64,000 nucleotides of DNA, from positions 32,001-96,000 of IMG/VR virus record IMGVR_UViG_3300033067_002132; one strand, written 5' to 3'. The stretch is from a virus (taxonomy: Duplodnaviria > Caudoviricetes). Of the stretch, positions 1-9,590 are shown in pieces (positions within the stretch are counted from its first letter, which is position 1; the number at the start of each line of letters is the position of its first letter). Made by a program: the position numbers and the translations under genes. A model generated the notes under the pieces. The model saw only the letters and a list, made by a program, of their open reading frames with translations. It was not told the origin of the DNA and ran no database searches.

Positions 1-693
1 TTTTCATTATATAAATTGTTACCTGAAGTTTTAAAAGATGCAAAAAAAGAATTTAATAGTCCATATTTAGATAAGGGTTGGACCTATAAAGACTATTTAT
101 ATTATCATTTAGACAAACAATTGCATAAAACTGATTATGGAATATATTTAAAGGGATTTAGTTTTCATGCACGCGCAATAACTCATAAAGAAAATTTTTC
201 TTTTTTAGATAGATCTAAATTAATGGAAATTATTCTAGATAAAATAGAAAATGAAACTTATTCGCCCGAAGATGATAAAATTCTTATTAAAATAATTTCT
301 CTATTTTCGGGGCAAATGCTTTTAGGGCGAAATATTATGCCTAGTGGAACTACCGATATCGAACAGTGTCCTGAATATGGACAAAGAATTAAATTAATGA
401 ATTTACATTTAAAATTGGCGCGAAAATTAAAAAAAGAACAAAATTCATATAAGGATTAAAAATATGAAATTAATTAAAAGAGGCGATAAAGATAATCCTA
501 ATCGAAAATTTCGTGGTGAATGTCGAGGTTGTGGATCTATATTTGAAGGAGAAAGATCCGAATTCAAACAAATAAATTATGATTTTAAAAATCAAATAAA
601 TTATGTTGGTAGTACATGTTTAATCTGTGGAGATATTTTTATTTTATTTCCTTATGATTATAAAGTAGAAGAATTAAGTGTAGGAGAACAAAT

Positions 694-1101
694 TTGATTA
701 TGAATAATCGTTTTAAATTTCGCGTTTGGGATATTATAAATAAAAATTATCTTAATATCGATGAAGATAATCAATTTTATTTTTTTAGTTTAGGAACTCC
801 TTATCATTTATCGGAAATTTTATCTTCTGATAAGCATCATCGTTTTGTTGTACAGCAGTTTACTGGATTAAAAGATACGGAAGGTAACGAAATTTACGAA
901 GGAGATATTCTTTGTGAAAAAAGAGAGAGTCCAGAGTATGCAGGAGACAACAATATAGGAAGAGTTTATTTTGCTTCGGGAACATTTTTTATTGATGGCG
1001 ATGGACCATTATTTCATCATATTTTTTCTGTTACTCCGGATATTTTAGAAGATTATTTAGTTATTGGTAATATTTTTGAAACGCCAGATTTACTTTCATG
1101 A
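694..1101 (+). CDS. YopX-family phage protein
   Basis: FKFRVWD N-terminus, QFTGLKD.EG.EIYEGDI, C-terminal VIGNIFETPDLL. Confidence 0.85.
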   Translation: MIMNNRFKFRVWDIINKNYLNIDEDNQFYFFSLGTPYHLSEILSSDKHHRFVVQQFTGLKDTEGNEIYEGDILCEKRESPEYAGDNNIGRVYFASGTFFIDGDGPLFHHIFSVTPDILEDYLVIGNIFETPDLLS

Positions 1102-1892
1102 ATCTAGAAACGTTAAATGAACTAGCAAAGAATGAGGAATTACAAAATAAATTACTTATACAAAATCCTCATAGATATATTTATAATTTGCGCGATTTAA
1201 TGAAGGTTCGTAAAACTCGCCCAAATGAATATCGTATGATCGCCACAAAAGGTCGTCATAAATTATTTGATTATGATACGGGATTATTATCTGTTTATGC
1301 AGCGGTTTTTGATGATTACGAAAATAAAGATCATTATGTTGTTCAATTACATATTGGATGTTGTGATGATGGAGAATGGGAAGCTTGGTCGAAACCATAT
1401 GCAGATAAAGATAAAGCTTGCCAAATAGTAGAAAAACTCGCTAAATTAATGGAAGAATGGACGGTTCTTCCTTCGGGCGATGAAATTAATGAACAAATAC
1501 GAGATTTAGGATTATATGGAGAATAAGATTAAAAATACTGATCCTTTTGAATTATTAATAGAAAACTCAAAATGGATCTTTGATAAAAAATATCATGATA
1601 TAGATGAAGAAATATATACGTCTTATGAAGTTTGGGAAAAAGCAATTCGTATTTTAAGAGAATTAAAAAATAAATATGAATCTAAAAATTTTCCATTACC
1701 TAACATTTGTGTAGGACCAAATAATTCTATTGATATTTTATGGGATTCTAAAAAAGCCGGAATATTTATTAATATAAATAATGAATCGTGTGATTTCTTT
1801 CTTGAAAGAAAAGATATAGAATCTAGTATTTCTGGTTTTTGCTCTAATGATAATTTTTCATATTTAGAAATTATTTCTTTTTTAAATTTATT

Positions 1893-2876
1893 ATGATAAA
1901 TGAATTAACCAAAGAAACTCTTCAAAGAATAAAGAATAATGCGCCAAATAATCGAATTCTTACTGTAGGCGATATTATTTTAGATAGATATATTTTTGGT
2001 GAAGTAAATAGAATTTCGCCCGAAGCACCTGTACCTATTGTTGAATTTACTAAAGAAACTTATGTCCCGGGTGGCGCGGCAAATGTTGCGGCAAATATTA
2101 AAGGTTTAGGGACTTCTTCTTATTTAATTGGATTCATTGGAAATAATAAAACCGATCAAGAATCTAATGAACTTTTAAGTTCCTCGTTATATGAAAGAAA
2201 TATAGTTAATTATTTAATTAAATCCGCGCAAAAAAGAACTATACAAAAAACTCGTATAATTGGCGGACATCAACAAATAGTAAGAATCGATAAAGAAGAT
2301 AAATCTTATTATTCAGAAGAAGATTATAAATATTTAAGAGATCAACTTTTAGAGGGAGATTTTTATAGAGGATTTAATGCGGTCATTTTATCTGATTATA
2401 ATAAAAAGACTATAACCCAAAAAACATTACATGATTTAAGTAGTAAATGCGAAGCTTATAATGTATATTTAGCAATTGGCGCAAAACCCGCATCTGGATT
2501 ATATATTAAACGCCCTAATCTTTTATCATTAAATAAAAAGGAAGCTTTTGAGTTAACGGGCGAAAAAAATATAATTACAGCTATAGATATTATTAAAGAA
2601 AGAATTAATCCTTATGTATTAATTATTACATTAGGAGCGGAAGGAATGGTTTTGTATGATAAATCGTTAAATAGAATTACGAATATTCCAACTTTCGCGC
2701 AAAAAGTATTTGATGTTTCTGGCGCGGGTGATACAGTATTAGCCGCTTTTGTTGTCGCTCAAGCTTGTGGCGTAGATTCGCTACAATCGGCCCTATTCGC
2801 CACTAAGGCAGCAGGGATAGTAGTGGGGAGAGTGGGAACAGCGGCAATCGATAAAGAAGTGTTTGACGAACACTAA
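1893..2876 (+). CDS. D-glycero-beta-D-manno-heptose-7-phosphate kinase (HldE/RfaE kinase domain, PfkB family)
   Basis: GDIILDRY.FGEV.RISPEAPVP, PGGAANVA.N, SDY.K, VFDVSGAGDTV motifs. Confidence 0.9.
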   Translation: MINELTKETLQRIKNNAPNNRILTVGDIILDRYIFGEVNRISPEAPVPIVEFTKETYVPGGAANVAANIKGLGTSSYLIGFIGNNKTDQESNELLSSSLYERNIVNYLIKSAQKRTIQKTRIIGGHQQIVRIDKEDKSYYSEEDYKYLRDQLLEGDFYRGFNAVILSDYNKKTITQKTLHDLSSKCEAYNVYLAIGAKPASGLYIKRPNLLSLNKKEAFELTGEKNIITAIDIIKERINPYVLIITLGAEGMVLYDKSLNRITNIPTFAQKVFDVSGAGDTVLAAFVVAQACGVDSLQSALFATKAAGIVVGRVGTAAIDKEVFDEH

Positions 2877-2897
2877 AAACTGATATAGGCTTATTAC
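2863..2897 (+). promoter_or_regulatory. sigma70-type promoter, likely leaderless
   Basis: TTGACG-N17-TAGGCT, then 6 nt, then ATG at 2898. Confidence 0.7.
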
Positions 2898-3752
2898 ATG
2901 TTTAACATTAAAATTTATTTAGAGAGAGCGGAACAAAGCCCGATTTTAATTGATACTAAAAATTGGCTTTTTCCTGGTGGAGAGGTTGGTATTAAACTTT
3001 TAGATAATAATCTTCAATTTAAATACGCCGAATTTGATTTCGTTACTATTGATGCTCGTGTTCGTAATAGTAATGATTTATTCGCTATTGCTTTAGTGCA
3101 AAATGCGATTCAAGAATTAACCGATAAACCAATTAATCTATTTCTTCCTTATCTTCCTTATGCGCGGCAAGATCGGATTTGTGATAATGGAGAGAGCTTT
3201 AGCCTTAAAGTCGTCATTAACTATCTAAATTCGCTGAAATTCAATAGAATTACTGTTGTAGATCCTCATAGTGATGTTACTCCTGCGCTCATCGATAACG
3301 TTAAAGTAGTGACTCAATTAGAAATTATTCATAACAATAATGCTTTAAAAAATCGAATTCTTGAGTTAAAACCTATTTTAATTAGTCCAGACGCCGGGGC
3401 TAATAAGAAAACGGCAAAAATTGCCGGGTATTTCGGTCATCGTGAATTCGTCCGCGCCGATAAATTACGAAATTTAACAAATGGTGATATTTTAGAAACC
3501 ATTGTTTATAAGGATGATTTTAATGGTTTAAATGTTGCAGTTTTTGACGACATTTGCGAAAAAGGCGGTACGTTTATAGCTTTAGCGAAAATATTAAAAC
3601 AAAAAAATGTAGGAAAAATCTTATTGTTTGTTACTCATGGATTATTTTCGGGAGATATGAATTTACTATATAATTCTGGAATCGATGAGATTTGGACTAC
3701 AAATAGTTATAGAGATGATTTAGATAGTAGAATTAATATTATTAAAATTTAA
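2898..3752 (+). CDS. prs: Ribose-phosphate pyrophosphokinase-like protein (possible Adps of NARP1)
   Basis: FPGGE, LPYLPYARQDR, DPHS, SPDAGA.K, DDICEKGGTF, VTHGLFS. Confidence 0.9.
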   Translation: MFNIKIYLERAEQSPILIDTKNWLFPGGEVGIKLLDNNLQFKYAEFDFVTIDARVRNSNDLFAIALVQNAIQELTDKPINLFLPYLPYARQDRICDNGESFSLKVVINYLNSLKFNRITVVDPHSDVTPALIDNVKVVTQLEIIHNNNALKNRILELKPILISPDAGANKKTAKIAGYFGHREFVRADKLRNLTNGDILETIVYKDDFNGLNVAVFDDICEKGGTFIALAKILKQKNVGKILLFVTHGLFSGDMNLLYNSGIDEIWTTNSYRDDLDSRINIIKI

Positions 3753-4601
3753 TTGTAAATCTTTATTTATTTTACAACTATGATGGGTTAAATTTTCTTT
3801 TTCATTAACTAGGTTCCATTTTCTTTCTAGAATAGGTAGGTTATTATTTAATGCAAAGTTCTTAAGTGCAATAAAATTTTGTTTTCTACAAATTCTTAAA
3901 TAAACATAACCACGTTTAGTAAAATTGACACTAATACCATCAAAACCAATAGAATTTAATTTTTCTTTAATTTGTATTAAATAATCATGCCAGTTTTTAT
4001 GTACTTCTATTCTTATAAAAGTTACATTATTTTTTCTTTTAGAAAATGTCCCATCACCATCAATAATACCTAAAAGAAAACTTAAAAAGAAAATATCATT
4101 ATTAATATTTAATTTAATAGGTGGATTATATGTTTTCGGTAAATTTAAATCTAAACCTAATTTATTATAAATAATTTTTGAATTATAAATATCCGCACAA
4201 TTTAGAATACAAATTGATGTTTGGATATTATTTATTATTACAATTTTTGTTTTTACTTTTATATTTAATATTTTTCCTAATTTTTCTAAATGATTTTTAT
4301 CTCTATTATTTAATGTAATTTTTAATTCACCTCTGTTTTGACCAATATATCCATCAGCAAGAATAAAACCTAACCAATAATAAGAAAGAGAAGATTCTTT
4401 TGTTAAAAACTCTAATTTATAGTGATTAATATCTTTTAAAGATTTTATTTTAAATCTAGAAGCGGCGGCTTTTAATGTTTTATCTTTAATATTTAATTTT
4501 TTAGCTAATTCTTTTTTATTACCTAAAGGATATTCTTTTTTTAATAATTCTATTTTTTCTTCCGTCCATTCTATTTGAGGTTTAATATAATGTTTTATCA
4601 T
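3720..4601 (-). mobile_element. Free-standing double-motif LAGLIDADG homing endonuclease
   Basis: YWLGFILADGYI and FLLGIIDGDGTF motifs; N-terminal HTH (WTEEKIELLKKEYP); C-terminal L.RKW. Confidence 0.85.
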
Positions 4602-4701
4602 AGTCTCTATATTTATCTACACATAAAATTACATTTAAAAAGATTATATGAGAATAAATTTATATTGAAGTCCCGATAAATCTGTGATACTCTTATTAAG
4701 A

Positions 4702-4776
4702 ATGAACGTTGATGAAATTTGGACAACCGATAGTTTTCGTAATGATTTAACAAATGTAAACTTAATTAATCTATAA
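4702..4776 (+). pseudogene. Second (probably displaced) copy of the prs 3' end, as a 24-aa mini-ORF
   Basis: Translates MNVDEIWTTDSFRNDLTNVNLINL*, versus prs C-terminus IDEIWTTNSYRDDLDSRINIIKI*. Confidence 0.8.
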
Positions 4777-4781
4777 TTAAT

Positions 4782-5000
4782 ATGGAACTTAACACTATTA
4801 TTCATAAACAAAATAATCAGGCGAGTATCGTTATTCCGCCCGAAGTAATTAAAATGATCGGCGGATCTCGACGAAAAAATTTGAAAATTACCGTAAATGA
4901 AAAAGATAAAACTATCTTAATTCATAATGGTAAAAAAGTAGAAGATTTTGTTGTTCCTGTTATTCCTTACGATATTTCTAAATTTATTCCACAGAATTAA
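4782..5000 (+). CDS. AbrB/MazE-like small DNA-binding protein
   Basis: SIVIPPEVIKMIG...LKITVNE pattern. Confidence 0.5.
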   Translation: MELNTIIHKQNNQASIVIPPEVIKMIGGSRRKNLKITVNEKDKTILIHNGKKVEDFVVPVIPYDISKFIPQN

Positions 5001-5003
5001 TTT

Positions 5004-5855
5004 ATGCCTATTTTCTACGATTTTTTATTAGGGGCCGATCCTGAGTTCTATATGAGAACGAATGATGGGATTTTAGCTTCCGCAGATATTTATGAAGAAC
5101 ATGGAACAGATTTTAATGGTCGTTTAGGTCGTGATGGTGGCGGTGTTTTATTTGAAATCCGTCCTACACCTTCGGTCGATCCATTTGATTTAGTAAAAGA
5201 AATTCGATTAATTTTATCAAAAATTAAAAAATCACGAAATAGTTATTTTACTAATATTAAATCTCTTCATGCTGATACTATTGTAAAATTTGATAGATAT
5301 AACAATACCGTTGGCGGACATATTCATTTTGGATATGGAAATCTTATAGATAATGAAAATTTTCCATACTCTTTGAATGAAAATTCTATTGTTGAAAAAT
5401 TAGGTAATTATCTTGGAATTCTTCTTTATGCTATTGAATATCGATCAGAAAAACACGCTAGACGAAGAGGAGAATACGGTGGAATGTTTGATTATAGATC
5501 TAAACATTATGGAATGGAATACCGGGCGCCATCTTCTTGGTTAATTTCTCCATTAATGACGACTGTTTCATTATGTTTGGCGAAAACAGTCTTTTTTCAA
5601 ATTTTAAATCAAAATAATTTTAGTTTTATTAGAGAGTGTCCAAAAGTTAATGTTTATGATTCAGGTGCATATTATAAACAATATGATTTATATTTAAGAG
5701 ATAATTTTGATAAGATTTTTGAAAGTCTTTCTAAAATGACGTTATATCCCATGTATAAATCGTATTTAGATATTATCCCTGTATTATATAAAAATGATCG
5801 TTCTTGGTATACCGAAAAAAACGTAGATCTTTACAAATCTTGGTCAATTCTATAA
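5004..5855 (+). CDS. phiEco32-like COOH-NH2 ligase (type 2)
   Basis: LGADPEF, G.DG, EIRP.P, GGHIHFG, EYRAPSSWL. Confidence 0.85.
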   Translation: MPIFYDFLLGADPEFYMRTNDGILASADIYEEHGTDFNGRLGRDGGGVLFEIRPTPSVDPFDLVKEIRLILSKIKKSRNSYFTNIKSLHADTIVKFDRYNNTVGGHIHFGYGNLIDNENFPYSLNENSIVEKLGNYLGILLYAIEYRSEKHARRRGEYGGMFDYRSKHYGMEYRAPSSWLISPLMTTVSLCLAKTVFFQILNQNNFSFIRECPKVNVYDSGAYYKQYDLYLRDNFDKIFESLSKMTLYPMYKSYLDIIPVLYKNDRSWYTEKNVDLYKSWSIL

Positions 5856-5858
5856 ATT

Positions 5859-6650
5859 ATGTGCCGACTTGCTGCTTTTCCCCCTAATTTTCCACGAGAC
5901 GAAGCTATCGAAATCTTAAAAGATTTTGAAAAATGTAATACCGATGGAACAGGATATGTTTATTTAGATGACGGCGATTTTAAAGTTTATAAATGGCCGA
6001 ATTCATTAACTGAAGTTTTAGAGGCTATTCCCGATAAGTTTTTAGGGCATATGCCTTATAGTAATGGGTGGACGCTTGTTCACTTACGCGCAGCTTCTCA
6101 TGGCGAGGTTGCATATCGAAACACGCATCCTTTTGTAATTAATAATTTAGCTTTTATTCATAATGGCATGTGGCATGAATATGATATTGCTAGAGTTTTA
6201 TTGCAAAAAATGGGTGTTAAATTAAAAGGCGAAACAGATTCAGAAGTCGCCGGTCAATTATTTGATCTTATTGGACCTAAAAAATTTACTGAAACTATTC
6301 AAGGTTCCGGTGTTTTTATGGGTTTAAAAAGAAATGGTAAATTATGGGTTTCTAAAACTAGTGGCGAATTAGAATTTAAAAAATTCGAAGGAAATCATAA
6401 ATACGTTTTAGCATCTGAATTCCCTGTTTTATCTAAATCTCGACGTGTTGTAAATGGCTGGTATTGTTTTGATAAAAATGGTGAATTAATTAAAAAATAT
6501 CAAGATCCTCTAGACAAAGCGGTAAAAACGAGTTCTACTCATGGGTGGTTAAGTTCACCCCAACGAACTTATCCATATTTTAACTATAAACCTTCTAATA
6601 AAATAGAAAATATGAGTTTAGAAGAATTTCACGCTCATTTTAGAGATTAA
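5859..6650 (+). CDS. Class II glutamine amidotransferase
   Basis: N-terminal Cys (MCRL), H.R.ASHG, NTHPF, HNG, TDSE. Confidence 0.9.
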   Translation: MCRLAAFPPNFPRDEAIEILKDFEKCNTDGTGYVYLDDGDFKVYKWPNSLTEVLEAIPDKFLGHMPYSNGWTLVHLRAASHGEVAYRNTHPFVINNLAFIHNGMWHEYDIARVLLQKMGVKLKGETDSEVAGQLFDLIGPKKFTETIQGSGVFMGLKRNGKLWVSKTSGELEFKKFEGNHKYVLASEFPVLSKSRRVVNGWYCFDKNGELIKKYQDPLDKAVKTSSTHGWLSSPQRTYPYFNYKPSNKIENMSLEEFHAHFRD

Positions 6651-6655
6651 ATGTT

Positions 6656-7360
6656 ATGCCTATTCAAATTTTAACAATTGATTCCGAATTAAGATCTGCG
6701 GAAAGTATGGGTTATAAAACCTATCTTTATCCTGAAGATGTAAATTATAAATTCCCTGTCATTCGATGGGGAAATTCAATGGAATATATCGGGTCTAATT
6801 GTACATATAATTATGAATTTGAAAAGGTTTATAATCCTAGAAAAGCAATTCGATTAAATTGTGATAAATTGCAATCTAAAAAAAGCATTTCTGAATGCGT
6901 AAAAATTCCTAAACTTTATACTAAAGAAGTCCCGCTCAATGTATTATGCGTAATTAGAGAGATTAATCATAGTTGTGGAGATAATTTTCATGTTAAATTG
7001 GGTCCTGTTAAATTAACCAGAGATCAATATGCGGCAGAATTTTTACAAACAGATACAGAGTTGAGAGTTTGGTTTGCTTTAGGTAAAACTCTGGGCGCTT
7101 ATAGAGTTCCTCTTAGAAGTAATAAAATTACTAAATATCCATGCCGTAGCGGTTGGGGATATTCATATACTTCTATTTCTAAAGAATTATCTAATTCTGT
7201 AATTAAAGCAGCAAAGATTATCGGATTAGATTTTGGCGCGGCGGATATTTTAAAATATCAAGACGAATATTATTTTCTTGAATTAAATTCCGCTCCAAGC
7301 GTAGATCATCCCGTCGTTCGCGAATTTTTTCAAAAACAAATTAATACTATTAAAGCATGA
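6656..7360 (+). CDS. ATP-grasp (RimK-like) ligase
   Basis: VIRWG, ELRV, IGLDFGAADI, FLELNSAP. Confidence 0.85.
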   Translation: MPIQILTIDSELRSAESMGYKTYLYPEDVNYKFPVIRWGNSMEYIGSNCTYNYEFEKVYNPRKAIRLNCDKLQSKKSISECVKIPKLYTKEVPLNVLCVIREINHSCGDNFHVKLGPVKLTRDQYAAEFLQTDTELRVWFALGKTLGAYRVPLRSNKITKYPCRSGWGYSYTSISKELSNSVIKAAKIIGLDFGAADILKYQDEYYFLELNSAPSVDHPVVREFFQKQINTIKA

Positions 7361-7839
7361 AAATTACCGATACTCATATTTATTTTTTCGGTGCAGAAGA
7401 TTTTCTTTCTAATTTCTACCCATACGAAACTAAAGAAGGAAGAATTACCACTTCTGAAAAAACCTTTATGGTTTTAAAAGCTTTATTTTTTGAAGATCCA
7501 GAAACCGCCGATTTAATAGAAAAAAGTCAAAGTCCCGCCGAAGCTAAAAAACTTGGTCGCCAAATTAAGAATTTTAATAAAGAGGCTTGGGATAATTTTT
7601 CGAGACTAGTAATGAAAGGTTGTTTATTGGTTAAATTTCAAAATAAAGAATTAGAAAAGAAATTATTAGATACGGGGAATCGAATTCTTGTAGAAGCGGC
7701 GCCAAATGATTTAATTTGGGGTGTCGGATTAGATCAAAATGATCCGCTTATTTTAGATGAAAAGAATTGGCGCGGAACGAATTATTTAGGATCTTTATTA
7801 ATGATGGTTAGGGAAGAAATTAAAAAAGAATTATCCTAA
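7357..7839 (+). CDS. NADAR/YbiA-family hydrolase
   Basis: FLSNFY, KA..F.D, AKKLGR.I.NF, LVEAAP.D.IWG.G, W.G.N.LG..LM.VR. Confidence 0.9.
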   Translation: MKITDTHIYFFGAEDFLSNFYPYETKEGRITTSEKTFMVLKALFFEDPETADLIEKSQSPAEAKKLGRQIKNFNKEAWDNFSRLVMKGCLLVKFQNKELEKKLLDTGNRILVEAAPNDLIWGVGLDQNDPLILDEKNWRGTNYLGSLLMMVREEIKKELS

Positions 7840-8120
7840 ATAAAAGTTCTATAATATGAAAGTCATAGTAAAAAGAGGAAAAGATAAATATAAAATTATT
7901 GATGAAAAGAAATTAATAATTAATAGAAATACGCCTGTTGGGGAAGACGCAGACTTTTATGAGAAAAAACCATATGGCGGGAAAAAAATGATAGATCCAT
8001 TAGTTATAATAGGAGAATATGGTATAGAACACACAAAATATAAAGTTTTTGATTACGAAAAGAATAAATGGGTTATTTCAGAAAGATGTCCAAAATCTTT
8101 AATCGAATTTATTAAAAATA

Positions 8121-8378
8121 ATGAAAACCAAAAATAATAAAGCTTTTACTTTAATTGAATTATTAATGGTAATAATTATTATTGCTATTTTATTTTCTTT
8201 AATTTTTCCCGTTTTAATGAAGTTTTTCACTGGATCGCACGCTTTATTAAATGGAATTTATTTATCTCATAATGATAGAATCGCCTATTTGGCGGAAAAT
8301 ATAGGAAAAGATAATCCTTTTTATTTTGATTATTCGATTACAAATGATTTTAGAAAAGTGTGGTCAACGTATGAATAA
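8121..8378 (+). CDS. Short prepilin-type N-terminal cleavage/methylation protein
   Basis: MKTKNNKA|FTLIELLMVIIIIAILFSLIFP. Confidence 0.8.
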   Translation: MKTKNNKAFTLIELLMVIIIIAILFSLIFPVLMKFFTGSHALLNGIYLSHNDRIAYLAENIGKDNPFYFDYSITNDFRKVWSTYE

Positions 8379-8492
8379 TGAAGATATAAATTTAGTACCT
8401 TTAAGAGTAGATTTATATTTAATTATGTTTTTTTTAGCGATTGTAATAATTGCGTTGAAATTATATATTTATTTATAAATAATATTAGAATT

Positions 8493-8894
8493 ATGAATGA
8501 TCCATATACGAATACAGATTTTTGCGTCCAAAGATTAATTAAATATTATAAAGAACACGGTAATCTTATTGTAGCTTTTGATTGGGACGATACTTGCCAT
8601 GATTGGCACAATAAAAGTTTTAGATATCCCCGAGTTATCGAATTACTTAAACGTTGTAATAAGCATAATTTCAGATTAATTCCTTATACTGCCGCGACAC
8701 TTGACAGATACGAAAAAATCCGTCAAGATATAGCTTCTATTGGCATATACGCCGAAGAAATTAATAAAAACCCTGTAGAATTGGTTGGAAATAACGGAAA
8801 AATTTATTATAATATTCTTTTAGATGACCGTGCGGGACTTGGACAAGCGGTAGAGATTTTAGAAACAACTTTAGATATTATTGAGAAGAGTTAA
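8493..8894 (+). CDS. HAD-superfamily hydrolase-like phage protein
   Basis: AFDWDDT motif I and LDDRAG motif IV. Confidence 0.7.
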   Translation: MNDPYTNTDFCVQRLIKYYKEHGNLIVAFDWDDTCHDWHNKSFRYPRVIELLKRCNKHNFRLIPYTAATLDRYEKIRQDIASIGIYAEEINKNPVELVGNNGKIYYNILLDDRAGLGQAVEILETTLDIIEKS

Positions 8895-9510
8895 TTAAAT
8901 TAGATTTAGTAATTCTACAATTTATACCATTAAATATATAACTCTTTTTAAGATTATCTTTTTGCCATAATGGCTGCATATTCTTGTAATGAAAACATAT
9001 TCTTTGATTTTCTTCTTTAGATAAATCAAAATCACAACAAGGGCGAATATGATCAATATGCCATTTATTTTCGCCTACACCATAATTATCCCATGACATT
9101 CCTTCAATAAATAAAGATTCTAAATATTTTTTAAATTCTATAAATGAACATCCTAATAAATTTTGTGTATGATCAGATTTATAACCATCAATAATTACAT
9201 GATTTATTCTACGTCGTAAATTTCGTTTAATTTTAAAAATAGGATTATTTTTATTTTTAATTTCCCAATTGCGTTTATGATTTTTAATTTTTTCTTTATT
9301 CGTCTTTCTATATTTTAAATCATATTCTGCTTTCTTTTCTTTATTTTTTATTGTATATTCTCTATTTTTTATAGAAATTTTTTCTTTATTTTTATCTCGA
9401 TATTCTTTTCTACATGTAAAGCACATTAAATTCATTTTATCTTTTTGTTTATTATCTAATCCAAACTCAGACAATTCTTTATTCTTTTTACATCGACAAC
9501 AAATTTTCAT
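8878..9510 (-). mobile_element. HNH/endoVII-like homing endonuclease
   Basis: N-terminal CxxC pairs; WHIDHIRPC..FDL..EENQ..CFHY.N.QPLW..DN..K. Confidence 0.8.
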
Positions 9511-9590
9511 AAACTATATTACACTATGATCCGTACTATAGGGACCTAAAAACTTGACAAATCATTTTTCTCTGATATCATATACAAATC

